Source: Candidatus Omnitrophota bacterium
Lineage (GTDB): Bacteria > Omnitrophota > Omnitrophia > Omnitrophales > Aquincolibacteriaceae
NCBI GenBank assembly: GCA_043821445.1
Contig: JBDRCT010000013.1
Coordinates: 6,270 to 70,269, forward strand
Length of the DNA: 64,000 bases
Direction of reading: 5' to 3'
Notes under the pieces: generated by a model
Database searches by the model: none
Seen by the model: only the letters and a program-made list of their open reading frames with translations
Told to the model about the DNA's origin: nothing
Shown here: one piece after another, positions 9,600 through 21,500 of the stretch
Numbering within the stretch: the stretch's first letter is position 1
How the letters are laid out: the number at the start of each line of letters is the position of its first letter
Made by a program: the position numbers and the translations under genes

Positions 9600-12500
9600 T
9601 TAAGCCGCAACGGCAAAGGCAAGGGTGGCGTCGTAACTTCTCTGAAGGGCATTGACCAGGGACTCGGCCACGATCCAGAACCCATCCCGGCCTTGGCTTA
9701 CTTCCCGAAGCCTTGCATCTTCCCCGCCGGACCACGCCCAAAGGAGCGCTGCCGCCAAGGTCCCGCCATTTTGCCCCTGTGTTTTGAAGAAAGAGACTCT
9801 TTTCCTCAGACGCTGGACCAATTCCTGGGATGGAAGGATCTGCTTTGAAAGATGAATGCCCGGCGCGCCCGGCCGGTCAAAACTGCTCTGAGCCCCCGCA
9901 AGGCCCCGGTCGGTCCTCGTCACGTGATCAAGCTTCAGCAAAGCGCCAAGCTCTTGGTCCCGCACCTGGCCGCGCTCATTATAAACCACGATCCGGACTC
10001 CCTGCCCGGAAAGGGCCGCGTAAAAATATTCGTTCTTCTGCGCCACGGAAAGATTCGGAAAATCCTCGGCATCCACGAACACCGTTGCCGGCTGTACGCT
10101 CTTGCGGATGTCCCGGACCATTCTGTCGGCAATATCTTTATGGGATGTCGCGTTTCTTTTACCGGCTTGTATATTCGTGAGGGTGTGCCGCATATCCGTC
10201 TCAACGCGGACTTCGGAACGACGTTCCGAAACTGCTGCTGCGAACAGCGGATTCTGTTGCAACGGGCGCGCTATCGTCGCAAATAAGTCACGGGTTCTAT
10301 CGGCCCGCTTCATCGCCCAAACGTTTAAAATAGACGCGGTCGGCTCGTTCACATACCGCGTCTCAGGACGGATCTGTCCTTCGCTTTGCAAAGGCGGATC
10401 GGGACGCCGGCCTTCGGCCTTGCTTAAGGCATTACGTTCAACGCTCAACGTATTTTTTTCTTCCGTTGTACGTTTCGCCTTGCCCGTTGTGCCGGAAATC
10501 CCCCTCACCTCGGACCGCTTGGTTCCCTCGCTCGCTTCTGAAGGCCGGGCAATGATTCGATCCAGCTGTGCTTGTTCCTCCCGGAGATGGGGATAATCGT
10601 ACTCAAAAACACCGGACTCGTTCCTGAACATATTAAAATAGGCGCTGACCTTGTCATTCCAGCCATGCGCCGCGACAGCGGCCTGAAGCACGATCGTTTT
10701 CCTGTGGTCTTTGTTCCTGATCGCTTGGATCCCCCGGGTCACCGCCCTCAGAAATCCTTTGCCGTTGAATTCCTGAAAGAAAAATGCATCTCCCATCCCT
10801 CTTTGCGGGTCGAATTCATTCAGCGTATCGGCGATCCCTCCGACCTCGTGGGCCACTACCGCGGTCCCGGCCGAAAGTGATTCCAACTGGCTCAGACCTC
10901 CCGGTTCATATTTCGACGGCATCAAAAAGAGATCGCTCGCGAGATAGATCCTGAGCGCCTCACGGAACGCGATGAACTCAAATTCTCCCCGGACCCTTCC
11001 TGCGTATTTCGGGTCCGCTTCCAGAGCGCGGATCGCGTCCCTAAGCGCATACGCGCTTGGGTCGAAGTCGGCAATCGGGCCCGCGATCAAAAGCTGGACA
11101 CGGGGGTCCCGGTCCAGGATATTTTTCGCTTCGCTGGCCACTAATTCCACGCCCTTCTGGTCCGCGATCCTCCCGACCATGGAAACAAGGATGGCATCCT
11201 CCCGTTCCTCCAGGCCGTATTTGTTTTGAATTTCTCGCTTGGCGAAATCTTTGAATTGGGGCAAGTTTTGGAAAAAAGCGGCCGGGTCTTCTGTCCCGGG
11301 GTCACCCCCGCCCATGCGGATGAATTCGGTCCTCAGGGCTTCGATATCGATCCCGTTACTGATCCCGTAGACCTTTCCCTTCTTGAGAAAGTCTTCATGA
11401 AGACCGTTCCCTTTTTCGGGGGTCTGGATCTCGCGGGCATAACTTTTGCTGACGGTCAATGCGAAATCTGAATGGAGGATCCCTCCGCGGACCAGATTCA
11501 ACCGGGTCGGATGGTCCGGATTTTCCCCTTCGCGATTAGAAAGTCCCCTGTAGTGCTGCCCTTGCAGGCGGAACAGCGGCCACAAGTCGATCCCATTCTC
11601 GATCGTAAAAAAGCGCGCCTGATAATCGCGGCCTAAATTGTGCATGGCAAAACCGAGTTTGGGCACGAGTCCCGTTTCGAGATCATAAAAATGCTCGTCC
11701 GTGCGGTAGTCAAAATCTCCTGGGATCGGATCCGCTTTAAGATAAGCAAAGGCCGGCGCTGCCATCCAGTCATGAGCGAGGATAAAGTCCGGATAAAGGT
11801 CGAACTCCCGCATTACTTCCAGGCTTCCGCGCGACAAAAGGATCGACCGTTTCAATTGGTCGGAGGAGGAAACGCTCGGGTAGAGCCGGTTGGCCAGATG
11901 CGGGTGATAGAGAAAATAGATCGTAACCCCCTCGTTTTGAGCCCGGTAAACCTCCGCCGTCTCCGTGTGCGCGGGACTCTCAACGCGGTTCGAAAAGACA
12001 TTGATCGTGGGCCCCAGCGCGACCTGAACGCGCCGTCCCGTCGCCTCAAGCCGTACCGTTTTCCCGCCCATCTGGATCCCGTTCCGGAGAAGTTCTTCCG
12101 CACTCGTATGTTTTTTCCCCTGCGATTCGTTATAAAGAAAGGTCACGATACTGACTTCGGAACCCGCTTGCGCCAGTGCCTTGGGAAGGCCTTCCAGGAC
12201 CTGGGCCATTCCGCCCGCGATCGAGAACGGGGCGATTTCGGGCGAGATCATGACCACATGCCCGACACCGATATTCTCGATGACCTTCAGCGCGATGTCC
12301 CACTCGCTGCCCGCCCCCGTCTGCAACGCGATTTTCTTCAATTTGTTCCTGTAGTCGGAGACGAGTTGCTGCAGGATCGCGTCATTCCGGGTCACCTCAA
12401 AAAGCCAGCGGGACAGAAGTCCGGGCCCCTTGCCCTCCTCCGCGAGAGTCTGCCGCAAGCGGACCATCACTTGGACGAAGGTATCCAGATTTTTCAGACT

Positions 12501-15500
12501 GCTCTTTATTTCATTTTTCCACTGCGTTCTCATCTCAGCGCGTTTCGCAGCACTTGTGAGTGCGCCTTCCAATGGATGCTTCGGATCATCGGCGGCCCGC
12601 ATCTCAGAACGTGCAACGCCGGTCCCTTTACTTTGAAAATAATGATCGAAGATCCTCTCTGTCTCTTTCGCGGACAATGCACCTTCCTCATGGGGCGGTT
12701 GGATCAAAGAAAAGTTCCCCGGGAGAGGCTTCCCGACCGAAATCACATCCAAACCCGATAGATCCAAAAAGCTCCTGGCGACACCGTCCGCTTGGAATTC
12801 ATCGTCGAATACGATCATCCGTTCCCGGGAATGGCCCATGCCTTCGAGGTCCACGATGGCGTCATTTTTCCCCGTGGTCTTTTTACCGACCAATAAGACC
12901 CGGCCATCCGGACTTCGAAAAACCAGCCTTCCAAAAAATGTCGGCGATAACTGGCCACTTAAGGCCTTTCGCAGGTCCGAAAGCATGATACGTAGCTGCC
13001 ACCTCGGCATTTGGTTCTTGGGATTAACGTAGTAATCAAAATTAGGTGCATAGAGAAAGGGGGAATTTGTTCCGCGTGTTTTTTCTTTCTCAAATTGATC
13101 GAGCATCTTAGGCGTCGGCGCAAACCCGAATATTTCCTGCCACCGCCGATCCAGCTCATAAAGCGCGCTGACAATCTTCGGGCCCTCCCCGGCTTCGTCC
13201 TCTTTCCACCGTCTTTGTTTACCGTATCGTTCGAAATAGGCCTGATCTTCAACGATCTCAATCTTGTCGCGGTCACCGATGCGGAATGTGAATTTATGCC
13301 CAGCGCCCGACGAATAAAGCAGGAACCTGTCAAAATATTCCGGTTTAAAACCGGGATACCCGAAAAGGTTCTTAAGGAACCCTAATCCTCGTCCTTTTTC
13401 AAGGTTGGAAAAATCCGCGGGATTAAAAACACGCAGGGTATCGATCGCAACGGTCTTCCCTTCCTGAAACAGGCGGATCAAATGGTCGATCATCGCCGGA
13501 GAAACATAATCATGAAGAGTCACAAGCGTGTCGTCGACATCAAAAACGAACACATCCTTTTTCTTGAGTATCTCCGAAATATCTTCCCGGGAAGTGAGCC
13601 GCGGTGAAACGGTCGACCGCCAGGATCCTTCCGGTGATAATTTGAAATCGGCCCCCTCCCCGATCGAGATCTGAGCGCCTTGAGAAGCTAACTTAAATCC
13701 GGACCGCTCCAAAACTCCACGAACGGTTAAAGTCCCGACTTCCTGGTTGTTACTCCCCGCCAGCCGACTGAGCCAGCGAATATCTTCGCGGAACTCGTTC
13801 AAAGACTCGGCAATCTCCTCCAATTTGTCCGTGTACTGTCCTTCAAAAGAGTGAATATAATCATTCAGGAAGCCGATCCTATGGGCCAATCCTTCCAGCG
13901 TCATCATCCCCGGCAAAGAAACGCCGTATCCCAGAGAAAGGAATTGAAGTCGGTCACGCAGTTGCGGGTCGGTCACCTGCGGAACAACGGACCGTAAATT
14001 ACGCATCAAACTTCGCATGACCAATGGCGAAATCCGAGGCCTCCCATCGAATGGGTAGATGCAGTCGAGAAGAAACTTAACGGCTTCATTCGCGTTCAGA
14101 GAACCGGACTTTATCCACAGGGCCATGATCAACGCATACACACAGACTTGCATTGTCTCGGCCGCAAAAATGTTAGGGCCGCTATCATGCAACTCTCGCG
14201 CGGAATGCTCCTCCAAGATCCGAAGAATGTTTTCTTGAACGGTCCCCCACATTTCATCCGCTCGCGTCGCCATCGCCGTGATGGCCGCCGCACGAACCGC
14301 CGGGGAGAATCCGAGGACATCGTCAAACTGCTGCTTCTGATCTTCCGTCAGTGTGCGCTGCGCGGACCAAGACCGGATCTTCATGATCACGAGCTCGGGA
14401 TCCGTGTTTCTGTCCCAATGGTTCAGCACATCCAAAGCGTCTTTTCTTTGTCGCAATCGTTCTTCATAGGCCGCCGTGATCACAGACTCCCGTCCGGGAA
14501 CGGAGATTGTCTCGCGCCAATAACTATCCGACATAGATGCCGAACGCTCCCTCCAGACCAAAACCAATTTGCCGTCAAAGATCCGGACCATCTTTTCCAT
14601 AAGAAGCTCGCGCAAACCGTCCGCCAGAGATTTATCATCCTCTTCTGCGACCGCAAGACTCATCGTTCCGGACCGGTAAGCCTCGTCCAACTTTTCGATC
14701 CAGCGCAATGCCACCGGAGATAATCGCCGTTTCTCGAACGCATCCATGAATCCTCGAATCTCCACGCATCGTCTTGCCAGCCAATCCATCTGTTGGTCCG
14801 CACTGCCGCGTTCGATCAGCTTACGGGCATACTCCGGATCCAATTCTCCGAGAGAAAGGAACCATTTTATCCGCGCGACATGTTTGTCGGGAAGCACCAT
14901 GAGCGGAAGAACGCCGCGCCGGATCTGTTCTTCAGGCCCGATAAATTGTCCGTTTGAATAGAGGCTGATATAAGGCAGTAGATTGCGCCCTTCGGGTCCC
15001 CATATCTTTTTTTGATGATCCGCGGACAGCAACTGAGGAACCTTCCCGTCTCCCGCGTCCATTTTGATCCCGGAACCGGTCAGCCATTGTTTCATGAGCG
15101 GCTGTAGCGCCTGGAGTTCCTCCTGCGACACACCTTCGACGATGACATAAGTAGAGTCAAAATCGCTTTGGTCCAGTAAGATCCCCGCTGTCAGCGAATT
15201 TGGGAAAGAAAGAATCTCCTTAACGGAGGCCTGGGGATGGGTCCTGCGGACCTCTTCCTCAAGCCTCATGGTCGCGTATTTCAAAGCAGCCCACACGCGG
15301 CCGCTGATATTGTGAACCGGAACGCCTTCGTCGGCCGCATATTCAGCCATGGAGACCACCGGAACTTTCGCCTCTTGCCCAACCCTTTGGCGGCCATGGT
15401 AATGAGAATTTTCGATCATGCTCGAAGAAGCAAGGACCTTCACACCTTTTTGCTCCAAAGCCGTGATCATCCTCATCTGTTCTTCCCCGTCCGTCAGCTC

Positions 15501-18500
15501 GCCCGTGACTAAAATAACGGCATCGCCGGGCATCAACCGGTACATGCTGTACGCATAACCGTCCAAGCCGATATAGTTCACGGCCAGAGATGACATTTCA
15601 TCGTAGCCTACGGGCTCCGGACGGTTCGTCACACCGACAAACGGTACATGAGAAGCTTGAGAAAGTGCCACACCACCGTAGAAACCGGACGTCGATGGGC
15701 CTAGGACGTAAACCGTTTTTCCTTCTTTATAATATTCGCGTCGTATCGTTGCCAGAGGGGTCCCCAACACTTTCTCGATCTTCTGTTGCATGGCAGGTCC
15801 GAATTTCCGCAGCTGATCGGGGGTCAATGGAACGGTCATTCCGCGAAAAGCATGATCCGTCCAAACCCGTCCGGGATCGTTCCTCCTCGGATAGTGCCGG
15901 ATATCCAGATCAAGATCTGTGGGACCGGATAGGCCCTGGGCCTCGACCGATTCCGGCGGCATATAAAGCTCCACCGGCTGTTTGAACGGGAACATGTGTT
16001 GGCGGTCGAGCGCGGCTGAAACCTTTGCCAATTCCTCTTCTGTCAAAAAATCCAAATAAAAATACGGGACCGCTCCCCCCTCAAGCCTCTCGGAAGCTTC
16101 TTTAGAAGTCCTAAGAACTACCGCGGCGCCATCAAGACCAGCATTCGCGGCTTTCAGCATGTTCGCGATATTGACGACGACGCGACCGGTCGTGCTCTCG
16201 TCGTCGATCAAGAAGAACCGGCTCCCGGCGGGCACCACCATATGAGAGAAATATTCCGGGCTGTCCCGCAGCATATGTTGTTCTTCCATTTGAACCACGG
16301 ATTCTCCGGCCGGCAAGGTCGGATCGAACGGATCAAAACTCCGCTTGGTCAGCGTGATCATGGGAATACCGAGCTCCAAAGAAGCGAGTATGCCAGGGAC
16401 AAGTCCTGCGTTGTATTTTCCAATAATGAAAGAACGCGTCGGATCCCCTTTCATTTGTTCAAGCATGCGACGGCCCTCAGGGGTGCCTCGCAACTTTTCA
16501 AGGAGGGCGTGAACGATGCTTTCTCCCATGACAACCGAAAGAGGCTGGTGGCTTCCTGTGATCGGGACTCCCTTTTTGGGCGCATTCGAATGGAGCATTT
16601 CCGCCGGTCTGAATTTGGGGTGGAAAACAACGTTTACGGGCTGGATCCGCCCCTCATAAAAAAACATCCGTTTTTCATCCTCCGAAATGACCTCGCTGGA
16701 GGCTTTCCCAAAGATAGAACGAAGAACCCACTCCGGATCCATGCTTCCTAGGACATCTGCTTCACGACGGAAAACCCCAAGACTTGTCTCGCGCACGTTC
16801 TCTAAAATCAAAAGTTCCCCGTTGATCCGGATACGTCTTAAAGCTTGACTCACTGCATCTTCGCCGGTCCTCATTTCCGAACGCCGGGAATTTTCATTTA
16901 TCAGTTTAAAATACGCTTTTAAAATACGTTTTGCACGATCGGGTCCTGTGTCCGCATCACTGGATCTCAGTTGCAGCACCGGGACCTCTCCGGGAAGCGG
17001 CGCGGCGACGGACACCCTCGTCAAACCGGGCAACTTGAGTAAAGACACTTCGAGTCCGTCCGCCGCAAAATCATGCCCCCAAAAGCTCACCTTTTTCCTG
17101 GAAAGGCCCATCGCTTCAAGATCCAAAAGCGCTTCATTTTTTTGGTTGAACGTTTTAGCAACAACGATCCCTTTGCGCGAGACGACCCTAAACGTGAGGA
17201 GGCTAAAGACCTCAGGGGGCAATGCCCGGCTAAGAGCCTCCTTGAGATTTTCCAACATGATCCTTAACTTCCAATTCTCGATCTCCCCTTGCTTGCTCTG
17301 TGGGAAATACAGGATCGCCCTTTCGTCCTCCTGGATCTTTGCCCCACGTACAAAACCCTCATAATCACGGTCCGGATTAGGGAACCCGAAATCCGTCGAA
17401 AAACCGTTTTCGATCTCCAGGATCTTTCGCATGATGGCGGGAAGGTATTTTCCGTCCTCTTCGGAAAAAGTTTTCGAAGCTACAAACTTCGCCGAAAATT
17501 TCGTCTCCAGCACGGGTTCCACATTGAACCAACTCGGAGGCTGCTGGTTATGCCTCAAACGAAACCCATATTTGTAAGTCCCAAAGCCTGTATAAGCGAA
17601 AAGACGCCCGAGCATTTCTGGCTTAAAGTCGGGATGTTCAAAAATGTTTTTTAGAATGCCGATGCCGTCGCCTTTACGGATGTTCGCGAAATAATCCTCG
17701 ACCGTAAGCCCTCGCGCGGTGACCAAAGCCACAGTCTTGTGCCTTTTCAAAAGCTCGATGATCAGGCCGATGACCTCAGGATCAAAACCAGCCGGTGAAA
17801 TAAGAACGTCGTCAAGACCGAAGGCAAAGGTATCTCGATCTAAAAGCTGCTGCGCGATCTCCGTCTCGGTCTGCGTTTGGGTAGGAAGGTCCGGAATAAA
17901 AGTCGTCCCTTGGCGTACGAACCGGATCTTTTTCAAGTCCGGCGATCTTGCCGATTCTAGGGTAAAGACTGTACCGGCGCTGTCTGAGTGGAGTCCGAAT
18001 TTTGTAAGCATCCCCAAGGCTTGACCCCAGATCTTGGGATCTAAGCTCTGATTCATGGCGATGTTGATCACCTTCTGCACCGACGGTGTCACAAGTTCTT
18101 CCAAGACCCCCGTAATCTCCGTGGCGTAATTCGTCGGATCGCGTGGAAGAGTCTCTAAATAGCGACCGAGATATTTCAACTCCGCAGGAGGATGATTTTC
18201 TTCGATCTCATGGGTCATGACCGCGTCATCCGCTTGTTCCTGATGCCGCCTCAGAAAATCAAGCGCGGCGTCCAGTTCATCACGCCTCAGGGAATCCACA
18301 AAAGCGGTCCGGCCGATCCCGATCGGGACGACCATCATCAAACGGCCACCCTTATGCGCCTTGGCATCTTCCAGTCCTTCCCATGCGCGGTCAGGATTTA
18401 GGGCCGGATGATAGAAGGGCAATTTCAACTTGATATGTAACGAGAGAATGCGCCGGAAATCTTTATCGCTCAACATGCCGCGAGCGTGCGCGATGAAGGC

Positions 18501-21500
18501 AGACATCAAAATATCAATGGCCACCGCTTCCCCGTGAGTAAGCTCGTAGTTCGTCATGGACTCAAACTTGTGGGCCAACACGTGTCCAAAATCAACGTGC
18601 CGCATCAGGTTGTGTTCAAAAAAATCCATCTGCAAATGTTTCAGGAGCTCAACCGCGGCATCTTTAATGAAGGTCCATTTCGCGTCCCTGGGCATGTCAC
18701 GGATAAAGGCCGTTCCGTATTTTTCCAGTACCTCAAAGAGGGATGTGTTCGAAATAAGCGCTACTTTGATGATCTCCGCGATACCTCCCTGGATCTGACG
18801 TTCGGGCAGGGTCTCCAAAAAACGCGTGTCGGTGATCGTCGCAAACGGAGGATAAAAGGCTCCGAGAAAATTCTTTGCGGTCCTGTAGTCGATGCCCACC
18901 TTGACGCCGACCGCGGCATCGACCTGTCCTAAGAGGGTCGTCGGGATCCGGACGTACCGAACGCCCCGACGGAATTGATTGGCCACCATTCCGACCATGT
19001 CCATGATGGCCCCGCCTCCCACGACCACGAAAACCCCGTTCCGGTCAAGATTCCGTTCCTGGGCATAGTCGGTCAAACTTTTCACCTGCTCGGCACTCTT
19101 GATCTTTTCCCCGCCGTCCAGAACTTGGATCTCGCCTTTACATCTCCCTTCCATATGGTAGTGCTGAAGGTACCGTTTTAAAGGCTCCAGGACCTTGTCC
19201 GCGACGGCCTTTTCCACCACGAAGATCACATTGCGCCCTTCGAGAACGTTCGCCAAAACCCGGTTGTCGAGGTCAAAAGCGCCTTCCGTATAATAATTCC
19301 TTTGTTGCACATCATTCGGAGCCACCGCCTCGATCACGTTATGGCCGTGGGGATCCACATTGTCCCTGACATATCCCGGATCATAGGCCGGCTGCGCGGA
19401 CGCCACACCCTGTTTATCGCAAGCCATCAGGCCTGCGCCACGAAGTCCATTTTCATCATCTTTTTCACCCATGACGAACATTTTTTTCAAGTCGTCCCGG
19501 TTATAGCCGTAAAGTCCTTTACTGATCAGCTGTTCGATCACTTCGTCCAGATAAACCGGCTCTAGATTTTCGGCAATGCTTCCCATCCACACAATGGCGT
19601 CTGGCGCATTCTGCAAAATAAATGGCCCGAGAACACGGACCAAATACCCAACGGAGCTCTTCATGACTTGTATGGAAAAGCCGTCATTTTTCTTGATCAA
19701 TTCCACCAAAAGTCGCGTGAGAACGTCCCGGTCCACAGTTTCGATGGTCTGACCGGTCTTTTCAATCTCCGCTCTTAAGGCGGATCCTTCGTAAAATGTC
19801 CTGTATTTTTTTTGGCCGGCCATTCGCTTTGCCAGATTGGAGAGACCGCGCCCCGAAGCATAAGCGTTCAATTCGCCTTTCAATCCCTCACCCTGGATAG
19901 CATTACCGGCATAGTCAACGATCGTGTGGCCGATCTCCCCGGCACGACCCTGACGGTCGATGACGACATTCCCGTGAACCACGTCGAACAGCTTGGACCC
20001 GATCCCGCTGCTGACCGTGATCAGGGCGATCGTCCTCATCCCCGCGAATTTCGGGGAGCGGCCATAACGGTAGACTGCGGTCGTAAGATCGTTGACGACT
20101 TTCACGGGGAGCCCCCACCTGTTCTGGAGCACCGCATGGGGGATCCTGTTCCTGTCAGGCCCCCAGATAACCGAAGATTCGGTAAGATCCCCATCCTCAC
20201 CCACGGGCCCCGCAAATCCCATCGAAACACTTTGAATGTCCGGATGACGTTCCCGGTATTCCCGGATCTTCTGCGCGAGTGACTCGAGCCAGACCTCTTG
20301 CATTCGGTCGATCGGTTTGCCCTGGGCCTCAGCGGAAGTGTAATTGACCGTCGGAAATTTGATCGCGTCCGTGAGCTTCTCGCCGTCCCAGACGGCCATA
20401 CGCGTCGAGGTCCCGCCGGCATCAATGACCAATACGGGACCCTTTCCTGTCTCGGCCGGAATTCCCGGATCGAGGCGGCGCCGGGCTTCATCGATCTGGT
20501 TCCGGACACCGGTTTCGATATATGTAAAGTCTCTTCCGAGCAGGTTACGGCTGATCTGATTGGACTGTGGATTCGCGGGCGTCGGTTCCCCTTTCCACTC
20601 GATCTTACCTTTTGCATCCGGCGTGTGTTTCACGATCATGTCCCAGATCTTTTCCGCAGAAACTTCCGCCTGGGGTGCCAAATCAACGACCCGCTGTTCC
20701 GGCAGGTCTTTCCTGACGCCCAACTGATAGAGAACTTCGATCGCATCCTGGATGTAGATATAGTCGCGAATCTCCCGTTTCTCTGTGATAGTCCGGCCGA
20801 GCAGGCGTGCTTCGATCATCCGCTGCATCTTCCGTCCGGACAAATTCCCCGGCCCATAAATACTTGTGATCCGCACCGCAACGGCTTTTTTGAGAACACC
20901 TCGCTGGATGTACCGCTCCACAAGAAGCTTGCTCAATTCATAGGGATACACCCCCTCGGGGAACGGATACTTCGAAAGGATTAACTCTGTCAGCTTGTCC
21001 ATAGCCGTCGAATAATTCGGCTCCTGAAATAGTTCTGGATTTTCATCGATCAGTTGAAGAGCGCCTTCGATCCATCGATTGATCGCCGGATTCTTCTCTA
21101 TGCTGATGACACGCTCAGAAGAGGCGAAAATAAATCGGACGTCCGGATTGACCTCTTCAGCCATCTTCAGCAATCCGATCGCAGCCAAACCGTTCACCTT
21201 GAAATTCTCGGGATAAGTCCCGGCATCCTTATCCAACCCGACAAGCGCCGCCAAGTGATAGAACACGGGGCTCTGAGCGATCACTTTCTTCATTTTTACG
21301 CGGTCAAAAAGATCGGACAAATAAAATTCCGCACCAGAAGCTTCCCGCAAGGTCCTGTCAGAATATTTCTTTTTGGAATTTGGAGAACGGACAATGAGTT
21401 TCAACGGAGAACGCTGTGCTTCGGCATAGCGACCAAGCATGGCCCCCAAGTCCCCACTTGCACCGGTGATCACCATAGAAGTTGGCGAAGAGACTGTCTC

